Source: an uncultured candidate division Zixibacteria bacterium
GTDB taxonomy: Bacteria; Zixibacteria; MSB-5A5; GN15; FEB-12
Direction: 5' to 3'
DNA: 64,000 nt
NCBI GenBank assembly: GCA_963735035.1
Contig: CAVTJJ010000006.1
Coordinates: 1 to 64,000 of the forward strand
Position numbers and translations under genes: made by a program. Position 1 is the first letter of the stretch, and every line of letters begins with the position of its first letter. The notes under the pieces are model-generated. The model saw only the letters and a list, made by a program, of their open reading frames with translations, did no database searches and had not been told where the DNA came from. Shown here one piece after another: positions 48,920 to 58,530 of the stretch.

Positions 48920-50290
48920 ATGAAGCGAGTTATTTTCGGTTTATTGATGTTCCTGACGTTGTTTCAATATGGCGCGCAGGCATCTACGTATCAGGAGCAA
49001 GTTTATCATGCCCGGGATCGGGTTCTCCCCGCCCTGGTGCATATCCAGCCGGTGGTGGAAGACTACCGTACCGGTGAAATGAAGAAGCAGGCGGTGGTCG
49101 GCTCAGGTGTGATTTTTGATACCGCTGGATACATAGTCACAAACTACCATGTGGCTGGGAAATCAAAACGAATCTTCTGCACATTAAGCGACCGCGAGCA
49201 GTTGCCCGCGGACTACATCGGCGGTGATCCGTCGACCGATGTTGCTGTGCTCAAATTGCGGCTCGAAGGGTATCACGGGAAGATTCAAGCCGCCGAGCTG
49301 GGCAATTCCGATTCGATTCAGGTAGGGCAGCAGGTATTAGCGATGGGTTCGCCTTTGGCCCTGGCTCGGTCGGTTTCGGCCGGTGTCATCTCGACCAAGG
49401 ACAGGTACTTTTCCGATGAGTACCGTTTGCCCACCGGCGAGAAGACCGGGCGATTCAACCTGTGGATTCAAACCGATGCCGCGATCAATTTCGGCAATTC
49501 GGGAGGACCTCTGGTAGATCTCGACGGCCGGGTAATTGGCATCAACTCGCGGGCGACTTTCATGGCCAACAACCTGGGTTTCGCGATTCCTATCAATGTC
49601 GTCAAACATGCGACTCAGGCGATTCTCAAGGACGGTCATGTCACTCGAAGCTGGATAGGCGTTACCGCCCAGGCCTTGCAGGAAATGGAAAACTATTTCG
49701 GGACCGACCGTAATCGAGGCGTCCTGATTTCATCGCTCGATCCCGGATCGCCGGCCTCCGAAGCCGGTCTGATGGCGGGTGATATAATTCTCGAAGTCGA
49801 TGGCCGCCCGGTTTCGGCGCGGTTTGTCGAAGAACTCCCGGCGTTCTATAACGGCATTGCCAGTCTGCCTCCCGGCACGTCGATCAGCCTGAAGGTCATG
49901 CGTAACGAGCAGGAGCGCGTGGTGAATTTGGTGACACGTCCCTTGGGCCAGCTTCAGGGTGAAGATTTCGAATGCTCCGAATGGGGTCTGACCGTTCGCG
50001 ACATTACCCGCCAGATGCAGATCGCCAACCAACTTCGCGATTCAACGGGGGTGTTCGTTACCGGGGTCAAGCGTATCGGCCCGGCTGACCTGAGCGGGTT
50101 GAATCAGGGTGATGTCATCCAGTCAATCAACCGCGAGTCGCTGGACAATCTCGAAACTTTCAAGACCCGTTATGATGCCTTGCGAAGCGCCGGTACCCAA
50201 AAGATAATGTTGACCGTTCGTCGCAATGGCGCCACACGGTTTGCTGTCATCAATCTCGAAAAACGAGGGGAAGAGCAACCCCATGAATAG
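48920..50290 (+). CDS. HtrA/DegP-family serine protease with two PDZ domains
   Basis: GSGV, TNYHV, TDVAV, QTDAAINFGNSGGPL. Confidence 0.92.
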   Translation: MKRVIFGLLMFLTLFQYGAQASTYQEQVYHARDRVLPALVHIQPVVEDYRTGEMKKQAVVGSGVIFDTAGYIVTNYHVAGKSKRIFCTLSDREQLPADYIGGDPSTDVAVLKLRLEGYHGKIQAAELGNSDSIQVGQQVLAMGSPLALARSVSAGVISTKDRYFSDEYRLPTGEKTGRFNLWIQTDAAINFGNSGGPLVDLDGRVIGINSRATFMANNLGFAIPINVVKHATQAILKDGHVTRSWIGVTAQALQEMENYFGTDRNRGVLISSLDPGSPASEAGLMAGDIILEVDGRPVSARFVEELPAFYNGIASLPPGTSISLKVMRNEQERVVNLVTRPLGQLQGEDFECSEWGLTVRDITRQMQIANQLRDSTGVFVTGVKRIGPADLSGLNQGDVIQSINRESLDNLETFKTRYDALRSAGTQKIMLTVRRNGATRFAVINLEKRGEEQPHE

Positions 50291-51730
50291 AAGATATACC
50301 ATATCAAGTTGCCTCACCGGTGCAATACTGGCCGCGGCCGTAGTCGTATCGGCGGCCGTTCCAAACCTTGAAGCTCAGGAATTTGATTTCGAGCGCCTGC
50401 TCAAACAGAGCTCGCCCTATACGGTCGTTCTCGACATCAAGGTAGAGTACTCATTCGGGACCGACGTCAACGAGCGGGAAGAGCGAATCCTCGGGACGGT
50501 TGTTCGTGAGGATGGCCTCATCGTCTTTGACGGCGGCTTTCTGAGCGAAGAAAATCCGTTCATGTCAACAGGAGGCTTCACGTTTCGCTCAACTCCCAAG
50601 CGCATTCAGGTCACGACACTTGATCACAAGGAATACACTGCTGAGTATGTCGGCTTGGATAGTTACACCGGCTTTGGTTTCGCCTTGATAACGGGCGCCG
50701 ATCGGAAATTTACTCCTGTGAGGTTTGTCAAGCCGACCCGATTCGATGTGGGCAGTTGGATGGCGGCGCTGGTGCTTCTGCCGGAATTTGTCGACCCACC
50801 GCTGGGTACGGATATTGCCATGATTTCGGCGATCATAGCGACGCCGGAGAAATTCCCGCTGACAGTCGGCTTCAGCCCGTTAGAATACGGCGCGGTGCTC
50901 TATGATGCGCGTCTCAACCCGGTGGGCCTTTTGGGACAACTCGAAGACCCGACCGGACGCGGGTCCGACATGTCCGGGATGGGGAATGAATACCAGCAGA
51001 TGAGCATACCGATGCTCGGCGTGATTACCGCCGACCGTCTCGAGACTCTGATCACCAACCCGCCGCGACATGGTCAGGCAGCCCGTTCGTGGCTCGGAAT
51101 CACCATGCAATCGCTTACTCCGGATATCTCCGAGTTTCTCAAGACCGGAACACCGGGCGGAATAATTGTCAATGAAGTTGTTCCCGGGTTCGCCCGCCGA
51201 CGCCGGAGGTCTGAAGGTCGGGGACATCATCAAGGTAGTCGACGGTAAACGCGTTGAGGTGGATCGCGAAGACAAGCTCGGCGCCTTCCAGCGTCAGGTG
51301 GCCAGCCTGGGTGTCGGTACGAAGGTGGACTTGCAAGTGCTGCGTCAGGCAGGTGAAACATTGGACACGCTTACGCTTGCAGGTAACTATGGCGGCCGCT
51401 CCGTTGTCGGCGTCCGATGCCGCCGATTACGAATACAAGCCGTACGAATTGACCGTCCGCAATCTGGTCTTCTCCGACTTCGTTGATTTCAATGTCGAGC
51501 AGAACTCGCTCAACGGTGTGGTTGTCACGGCCATGCAACCGGGTGGACTGGCCGACATTTCCGGATTGGCGCCGGGGGATGTCATCCAGCGTGTGAACGA
51601 CAAGGCCGTCGGATCGGTGGAAGAATTTACGCGCGTGATGGCTGAGCTTGACTCCGGCCAGCGCGGTGAAGTGATTCTCCTGGTCTGGCGCTTCGGGCAG
51701 ACGATCTTCGTGAATGTCCGAGCGGAGTAA
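50283..51730 (+). CDS. HtrA-like protein with degenerate protease domain and two PDZ domains (apparent frameshifts near 51185 and 51377)
   Basis: WLGITMQ, GSPADAGGLKVGDII, GLAPGDVIQ in three successive frames; no TNxH or GNSGG. Confidence 0.7.
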
Positions 51731-51923
51731 TCCGCTCGGACTGTCGATGCGGCTGCGAAAATTCCTGCAACATTCTGCTGCTCGTCGGTATAACCAATAA
51801 AGCTGTTCAGAAGTCGGACATGGTCCGACTTCATGTTCTAACCTGTTTGTAAACAAACGATTACTTGGATATGCCTTTCCAGCGAACCTGACCAGAAGCC
51901 TTTAGCTCGGGATCGTCTGTCGG

Positions 51924-51938
51924 CGGCACGCCCTTTGC
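51924..51938 (+). promoter_or_regulatory. Putative sigma54 -24/-12 promoter
   Basis: CGGCACGCCCTTTGC, GG-N10-GC. Confidence 0.5.
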
Positions 51939-52024
51939 GCTGACCATCCCCGGCTGAGGATTCAGCATTGTCGGACAACTAGTTAAGAAATCAGGTCTCG
52001 CGCAATGCGAAAGGATACAGTGAT

Positions 52025-52884
52025 ATGAAAAGAGCTTTAACGATTTTGTTCGTGCTGACGACCATGGCGATTGTCGCCGGTCCCGGCGCTGCGTAACGCT
52101 GCCTACTCCGGCATCGTTTCCGTCGATTCGGCGAAAGCCCGTCCGGCGGAATCGGTGACCGTGGGTGTCTGGCTGCGGAATAACAACATAGCCATCTCGG
52201 CGATGACTCTTCCGCTCAAATATTCAAGCTCGGCCCTTACGTTGGATTCTGTTACAACTGAGCGGCACGGTTTGGAATTCCAATTTCTCTCTCTACTCGA
52301 TTATCGACAACACCGCGCGCACCGTGCGTATCACCGTCTTGCCGAACGAAATTGTAACCCCGTTACCGGCAGCGACCTTCACCGACGGCGTCATGGCCGT
52401 GCTTCATTTCAGCGTGGCGGCGGGCGCACCGATGCAGCGAGTCACGATTGATTCGATCTATGTCGACTCTTTGATCGGCGGCGATAGCCACTTCTACACT
52501 CGAATCGACATCTCCGACAATACCGGCACCGGCGTATACCTCCCGTCTTTCACCGCCGGAAGTATAGAAATCACATCGCCGACCGATGTGGAAACCGGTG
52601 ACGGCAGTTCCACCTTGCCGACCAATTTTGTTCTGGAGCAGAACTATCCGAATCCGTTCAACCCGAGTACCGAGATCAGGTATTCTCTGCCGAAGGCCGG
52701 AAATGTAAAGCTTGAGGTTTTCAATATCCTGGGTCAGGAAGTGGCCACCCTGTTTGATGGACGTCGCGAGGCCGGAACTTATACGGCCCAGTTCGAAGGC
52801 GCTAAGCAGCCGTCCGGCATCTACTTCTATCGCCTGCGCCATGACGGTGGAGCTGAAACCAGGAAAATGCTGCTGCTCAAATAA
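52025..52884 (+). CDS. Secreted cohesin-like domain protein with T9SS-type C-terminal domain (apparent frameshifts near 52092 and 52260)
   Basis: AAGGA RBS, MKRALTILFV signal peptide; V.V.V...N...I....LPL.Y....L.LDSV; LEQNYPNPFNP...SGIYFY...RKMLLLK. Confidence 0.75.
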
Positions 52885-52911
52885 ACGAACCAGCTCAAGA
52901 TGCCGATATTC

Positions 52912-52949
52912 ACGGGGACAGCCGTTAAAGGCTGTCCCCGTTTCGTTTT
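52912..52949 (+). terminator. Rho-independent terminator
   Basis: ACGGGGACAGCC-GTTAAA-GGCTGTCCCCGT then TTCGTTTT. Confidence 0.7.
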
Positions 52950-52969
52950 GGGGAACACTTGGAGAAAGA

Positions 52970-54673
52970 ATGACCCAGGCAGCACCATTACAGACTAAGG
53001 AAGTCAAGATTGGCCCGTATGTCCTGACCGGCAAAGTCGGCCAGGGTGGAATTGCGGAAATATTCCGGGCTCGCCAGGAGTCGCTCAATCGCGATGTCGC
53101 CATCAAGATCCTGTTCTCCAAGTTCTGTGACGATCCCGAAGTCCTGCGGCGTTTCGAGCGGGAATCGGTGGTGATCGCCCGCCTGAACCATCCCAACATC
53201 GTGCATGTCATCGACAAGGGGAAGGCCGGCAATCGTTACTACTTCGTGATGGAGTATGTCGATGGCACTTCTCTCAGGGAAGTCATCGACTCCACCAAGA
53301 TACCGCGTCGCACCAAGCTGGAGATGGTGGCTCAGGTATGCAAGGCGCTCGACTACGCTCACAAGAACGGGGTCATCCATAGAGACATCAAGCCGGCCAA
53401 TATTCTGGTGGACCGCGAAGGCAATCCGATGGTTGCCGATTTCGGTATCGCGCAGATAGTCGGACCGGGCGACGGCGAAGTGACCGGGTCGGATCTGGTC
53501 ATGGGGACGCTGGCCTACATGTCGCCGGAGCAGAAAATCAGCACGACCAATGTCGATCAGACCACCGACATCTACGCCATGGGCGTGATCATCTATGAGA
53601 TTCTGACCGGGAAGAAACCGCTCGGAAGGTTCAAGATGCCGTCCGAGCTCGATAATGCGATCGGGATCGAGTATGACACGATCATTCAGAGATGCCTGGC
53701 CCAGGAGCCGAAAGACCGATTCCAGTCGGCGGCTGACCTCAAGAACGCCATTCTGAACGCCATCGGCGGCGGGACGACCCAGAAGAAGACCTCGGAATTC
53801 GCCGTGGCGGATGTCGAATCATTCGTCGGAAACTGTCAGTACCTGGATACGATCAAAGAGAACAAATCGTCGTCCACCATCCTGGTGGAAAACAAGGTCA
53901 GCAAGCGGCTCTATGTCATCAAGAAGCACAACAAGGGCGAAACCGGCCGCAAGGAAGCCAAGCTGCTTTCTACTCTGAAGCATAAGAATATTATCAACGT
54001 GCTCGGTACCGGGGGCGACCTCAAGCATACGGTAGTGGTTAGCGACTATGCGCAGGGTGGATCACTGGCCGAGCGCATGGTGCGGCGGTATGACTGGGAG
54101 AAGGCGATGACCATCGGTTTGCAGATAGCGGCCGGTCTCGATTTCGCCCACAAGAATAACGTCATCCACGGCGACCTGAGGCCGTCGAATATACTCTTCG
54201 ACGCCGAAGACGTGGTGAAGGTCAGTGACTTCGGGTTCCCGGCGCATTTCGATGCCAACGGCAAGAAGAACTGGTACAGTCCGCCCGAAAGAAAAGCCTC
54301 GCGCCAGGGCGACATCTATGCGGCCGGTGTCATCCTGCACCAGCTCATGACCGGTCGCAACCCGACCTATGATGCAGCTCATAATCTTCGGCTGGACGAC
54401 GTATCTGGCCAGATTCCGGATGAGATTCAGAAGATTCTCACCAAACTGCTGGCCGTTCGGGTGACGCAGCGCTACACTAATATGAGCGAGATGCTGCTCG
54501 ACTACGAAGACTTCAACCAACGCCGTCAGATTGCCCTGCGTCGTGCCCAGGCTCCTGTAGCTGCACCGGAGCCGATCAAGAAGACCCCGCCGAACTGGAT
54601 GATCGTCGGAGGCGCGGTGGCTTTGATTACGATTATCATCGTAGTTCTCATCCTTGTCGGTGCCTTCAAATAG
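52970..54673 (+). CDS. Hanks-type Ser/Thr kinase with two tandem kinase domains and a C-terminal TM anchor
   Basis: GQGG, VAIK, HRDIKPAN, DFG, MSPEQ; second HGDLRPSN, DFG; hydrophobic tail. Confidence 0.88.
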   Translation: MTQAAPLQTKEVKIGPYVLTGKVGQGGIAEIFRARQESLNRDVAIKILFSKFCDDPEVLRRFERESVVIARLNHPNIVHVIDKGKAGNRYYFVMEYVDGTSLREVIDSTKIPRRTKLEMVAQVCKALDYAHKNGVIHRDIKPANILVDREGNPMVADFGIAQIVGPGDGEVTGSDLVMGTLAYMSPEQKISTTNVDQTTDIYAMGVIIYEILTGKKPLGRFKMPSELDNAIGIEYDTIIQRCLAQEPKDRFQSAADLKNAILNAIGGGTTQKKTSEFAVADVESFVGNCQYLDTIKENKSSSTILVENKVSKRLYVIKKHNKGETGRKEAKLLSTLKHKNIINVLGTGGDLKHTVVVSDYAQGGSLAERMVRRYDWEKAMTIGLQIAAGLDFAHKNNVIHGDLRPSNILFDAEDVVKVSDFGFPAHFDANGKKNWYSPPERKASRQGDIYAAGVILHQLMTGRNPTYDAAHNLRLDDVSGQIPDEIQKILTKLLAVRVTQRYTNMSEMLLDYEDFNQRRQIALRRAQAPVAAPEPIKKTPPNWMIVGGAVALITIIIVVLILVGAFK

Positions 54674-54807
54674 CCTTCATCCGGTCGCATCCACCAAAAA
54701 ACAGTTGCATGAACGTGGACCGTACTATAAGTTATGGATAGGACGAGTTGCCCGTCTTTTGCTCGCTCTTTCCGCCAGATTCGATGTGCGTCCGAAAGGA
54801 GACAGGT

Positions 54808-55404
54808 ATGTTTCTAGTCAAAGCGCTGGGTGTGGTCTGCATGCTCTTGATGTGTAGTCAAGTGTGTGCCCAGGTGAATTTCGGTTGCGGAGTTGTCGAA
54901 GGTGCTACGGAGGGCGGGTGTTTTTTGTTCCGTGCCTCGGACGGATACCTCCACTGGCTGGATAACTATGGGGCCTTTGTTCCCGGGGATCTCGTGCAGG
55001 TGATCGGCCGAGAAGCCACGATAAGTGACGTAGCTGCCGGTCTATGCCCCTACTGCGGTACGTTTCAGTATCCATGTATCCTCAACGTGCAGATCAGCGA
55101 ATGCCAGCCGGCCGGACCTTGTTGCGTCGGCAAGCTTGGCGATGCGAACGGTATCGGAGGCGATGTACCCACGATCGGGGACATTAGCGTGATGATTGAC
55201 GCAAAGTTCATTACCGGTCAGTGCATTGCGGGCGGCCCGACCTCCAACATCGTGTGTCTGGCGGAGGCCGATTTCAATCAATCGGGCGGATGTAATCCCA
55301 CCTGTGCTGACATAACAATCGGGGATATTGCCAGCATTATTGATTGCCTGTTCATTTCACAATGCTTGGAAGTGAATTGGCCAAATTGTCTGGTTTGCCC
55401 GTGA
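54808..55404 (+). CDS. Small secreted Cys-rich protein with dockerin-like module
   Basis: AGGAG RBS; signal peptide; CCVGKLGDANG...PNCL. Confidence 0.8.
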   Translation: MFLVKALGVVCMLLMCSQVCAQVNFGCGVVEGATEGGCFLFRASDGYLHWLDNYGAFVPGDLVQVIGREATISDVAAGLCPYCGTFQYPCILNVQISECQPAGPCCVGKLGDANGIGGDVPTIGDISVMIDAKFITGQCIAGGPTSNIVCLAEADFNQSGGCNPTCADITIGDIASIIDCLFISQCLEVNWPNCLVCP

Positions 55405-55492
55405 CGAGTTCACTGAATCGCAATTGATTACCCTGTCGATAGCGGTGGCCGGGAGACTCGCCTCGGCCACCCGAATAAGCACATACCTCTAT

Positions 55493-55520
55493 TTGACAAA
55501 ACCGATCTACCTCGTATATT
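55493..55520 (+). promoter_or_regulatory. Putative sigma70 promoter TTGACA-N16-TATATT
   Basis: Upstream of ATG 55553. Confidence 0.65.
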
Positions 55521-55552
55521 GAATCAAAGTACTCGCCGGTCCGATTGAGAAT

Positions 55553-56623
55553 ATGTCGAATACATTTCATTGTAAACTCTGGTTCCTCCCCATACTAATC
55601 GTTCCGTTTTTGTGCGGCTCTACGGTATGTGCCGCTCAGGACCCTCTCGATCTAGGAGCGGCCGATTCGGTAACGGCGGTTGTGTCGCAGCCACGTCTCG
55701 GAGTAGATCACAAAGCCACGGTCGAGATTTACTTTTTCAACGACGCTCAAGCCATAATTGGAGCCTCGATAGGCTTTACCTGGGACAGCGATAAGTTCAA
55801 CCTCGATTCGGTTGTGTTTTCTCCTCAGGCGAAAACGTCCTTTTCCATGTTCCGTTACGGCCTCTATAAGGCGGATCGGGACAGTTCCAACGCCAACAAC
55901 CGCTTTCAATGCAGCGGCGGCGGGTTCCCGGCGGACGCAATTCCGTTCAGCGCCCAACCCAAACTAATTGCGAAGTATTTCTTCAGCATTTCCGGCTGGG
56001 CCGGCGGGGAAACGTTCTGTATCGATTCGGCCAATTTCGTGAACGCATCCTTTGTCAGTGCCTCCGGATCGGAATACTCGATCAATTGGCAGGGTCAGAG
56101 TTGTGTCAGCGCCGGTTCCGACGGCGATGCTGACGGAGTTGGCGACGCCTGGGACAACTGCCCCGGGGTGTCGAACTCGGACCAACTCGATGCTGACGGC
56201 GACGGCCTGGGAGACGTCTGCGACAATTGCACTGATACCGATCATGACGGATTCGGCAATCCCGGCTATCCTGCTAACACTTGTACGGTGGACAACTGCC
56301 CGACACTTTCTAATCCGGGTCAGGAAGATCAGGACGGCGACGGGATAGGGGACGCCTGCCAGTTTGGTTGCTGCCGCGGTCAGGTGGGAGACGCCAACGG
56401 GGAAGGTGGCGACGAACCGACCATCGGCGACATTGCAGTTATTATCGATATGCTGTTTATATCCGGTTCGCCGGCCTCAGTGGCTTGCCTGGCCGAGGCG
56501 GATATCAACCAGTCGGGGGGAGCAAGCCCGATCAAGGACGACATTACGATTGGCGACGTATCAGTGTTGATCGACTATCTGTTTATCACCGGCCCATCGC
56601 TCGGCCTGCCGAACTGCTTATGA
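55553..56623 (+). CDS. Secreted protein: cohesin-like domain + thrombospondin type 3 repeats + dockerin-like module
   Basis: DNCP..SN..Q.D.DGDG.GD.C repeats; CCRGQVGDANG...LPNCL. Confidence 0.85.
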   Translation: MSNTFHCKLWFLPILIVPFLCGSTVCAAQDPLDLGAADSVTAVVSQPRLGVDHKATVEIYFFNDAQAIIGASIGFTWDSDKFNLDSVVFSPQAKTSFSMFRYGLYKADRDSSNANNRFQCSGGGFPADAIPFSAQPKLIAKYFFSISGWAGGETFCIDSANFVNASFVSASGSEYSINWQGQSCVSAGSDGDADGVGDAWDNCPGVSNSDQLDADGDGLGDVCDNCTDTDHDGFGNPGYPANTCTVDNCPTLSNPGQEDQDGDGIGDACQFGCCRGQVGDANGEGGDEPTIGDIAVIIDMLFISGSPASVACLAEADINQSGGASPIKDDITIGDVSVLIDYLFITGPSLGLPNCL

Positions 56624-56656
56624 TTTTTTTCATCACATCGTGACAATAGACAGTAA

Positions 56657-56684
56657 GTCAGGAGCCCTTAGGCTCCTGACCTAC
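56657..56684 (-). repeat. GTAG-tagged hairpin between convergent genes
   Basis: Minus strand GTAGGTCAGGAGCCTAAGGGCTCCTGAC. Confidence 0.7.
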
Positions 56685-56700
56685 TAATATCAAGACCCGC

Positions 56701-57606
56701 TCACATCATCCGAATCGTGAAACCCAGCGCCAGCGTCTCTTTGAACCGCCCACGAGCATCGATGTCACGGTCGTACAGGAGCTGTGTGTAAAGGCTCACG
56801 TTGACTATCTTCGTCACGGACGCGGTAATTGCATTCTCGAAATTAACATCCGGTGTCGACCAGTGTACGCCAACATTTTGCTTTCCCAGCGGCTGCTCGC
56901 GGTTCGATTCCGATGAAAACAACGCCTTGAATATGGAGAGTTTGCCGACGTATTGGATGTTCTGCGCCAGGTTCAGAGTCGCATCGGTGACCGATTCCAT
57001 ACCGCCGTCGGTGATGGTCGAGTCAGTTGTAGCCAGGGTAATCGTATCAATCACGGATCGTTTCAGGATCTCGCGAATCGCCAGACCGAGTCGGCTCGTC
57101 ACGGTCTGTTTGTCTTTCTTGTAGAATTCACGCGCCACACCGAACGATTCGGTAAACTTGATCGGGCTCAGGTAGAGTTTCTTCATCGGCCAGGTACCGT
57201 CGTAGAACTGGCTCTCGACACGGAACGCCGCATAAGGATCAACCACGCCACCAAGGGTGAAGCGCAAGACGTCTTCCCAATCGATCAGGTCGGTCGATTT
57301 TACGGGTTTGGCCCACTTGTTGGTTTCAGCATCCTGGGCATGAGTCTGCCCGAATTTCAACCGAAGGGTTGACTTGAGATTAATTTTGGGACTGAGCGCG
57401 CGCTCCGCGGTACCGTCGAGATTCCATACCCAGTTGACCGAACCGGCTTCGCCTCCCACCCAGGAGTTGGAATATGAGGTCTGAGTGACCGTCAGATTGG
57501 TGACCAATGACTTGGCCCATCCGGCCTTGGCCGAATCTCCTTGTGCTTGTGCGGCTGCAGCCGCGAGGATCAGAACAGCCGCAAGAGTTAGAGTCTTGAT
57601 GCGCAT
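56701..57606 (-). CDS. DUF3078-like outer-membrane beta-barrel protein
   Basis: Signal peptide; QTSYSNSW.GGE, K..D.ID, LLYD.D.D...FKETLALG. Confidence 0.7.
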   Translation of the reverse strand: MRIKTLTLAAVLILAAAAAQAQGDSAKAGWAKSLVTNLTVTQTSYSNSWVGGEAGSVNWVWNLDGTAERALSPKINLKSTLRLKFGQTHAQDAETNKWAKPVKSTDLIDWEDVLRFTLGGVVDPYAAFRVESQFYDGTWPMKKLYLSPIKFTESFGVAREFYKKDKQTVTSRLGLAIREILKRSVIDTITLATTDSTITDGGMESVTDATLNLAQNIQYVGKLSIFKALFSSESNREQPLGKQNVGVHWSTPDVNFENAITASVTKIVNVSLYTQLLYDRDIDARGRFKETLALGFTIRMM

Positions 57607-57690
57607 GATCTATCCTTTCTATTTTGCTGATGTGTGAGAATTCGCCTGAGTAGGACTATCCATATATTACCCAGCCCGGTCGGTCGATGC

Positions 57691-58527
57691 CTATGACTGC
57701 TTATTACTGAAGGATTCATCGTCGTTCGGATAGTCGCCCTTCCGGACATCTTCGATAAAGCGGCGGGCGGCATCGGAAATCACCGGTGGCAGATCGGCGT
57801 ATTCGCGTACGAAACGCGGTTTGAAACCCGGTTCGCGCAGGCCGAGAATATCGTTTATGACCAGCACCTGACCGTCGCAACGAGGTCCGGCGCCGATACC
57901 AATCGTAGCTGTCGTCTTCAAGCTGGAAGTTATCTCAGCGGCCGTTTCACTCGCCATCAATTCGAGCACCATCGAGAAACAACCGGCCTCTTGAAGGGCC
58001 AGCGCTGACTCCATCAGGTAAGTGCGCGACTTATCCGTCTTGCCCTGGACCTTTGGTCCGCCGAAGCGATTGATAGACTGAGGCGTCAACCCTAGGTGAC
58101 CCATCACTGGGATACCGCATTCGATCAGACGCCGCACGGTCGGAACCATTTCGAGACCGCCTTCGATCTTAACAGCTTCGGCGTTGCCTTCGGCGAGGAA
58201 TCGTCCGGCGTTTCGAACGGCGGTTTCGATCGAAGGTTGATACGACATGAACGGCATGTCTGCGACTACCAGCGCCCGGGTTCGTCCGCGAGCCACCGCG
58301 GCGGTGTGACTGACCATGACATCCATCCCGATCGGCAGGGTGGAAGCATACCCGTGAATCACGTTGGCCGCGGAATCGCCTACTAATAGGATATCGATAC
58401 CGGCTTCGTCGAGCAGACGGGCGGTGAAATAGTCATAGGCTGTCAACACGGCGATCTTCTCGCCATGCTTCTTCATCCGCACGATAGTATGGACGGTTAT
58501 CTTGTCACGCTTTTCTATTACCGACAT
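57691..58527 (-). CDS. panB: 3-methyl-2-oxobutanoate hydroxymethyltransferase
   Basis: LTAYD, LVGDS, DMPFMSY, VKIEGG, GHLGLTPQ, IGIGAG..CDGQVLV. Confidence 0.96.
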   Translation of the reverse strand: MSVIEKRDKITVHTIVRMKKHGEKIAVLTAYDYFTARLLDEAGIDILLVGDSAANVIHGYASTLPIGMDVMVSHTAAVARGRTRALVVADMPFMSYQPSIETAVRNAGRFLAEGNAEAVKIEGGLEMVPTVRRLIECGIPVMGHLGLTPQSINRFGGPKVQGKTDKSRTYLMESALALQEAGCFSMVLELMASETAAEITSSLKTTATIGIGAGPRCDGQVLVINDILGLREPGFKPRFVREYADLPPVISDAARRFIEDVRKGDYPNDDESFSNKQS

Positions 58528-58530
58528 GGA

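Noticed and set aside
33850..56623. Similar C-terminal modules as template/variable repeats of a diversity-generating retroelement
   Set aside because: All copies are coding, differences are not adenine-specific, and no reverse transcriptase is present
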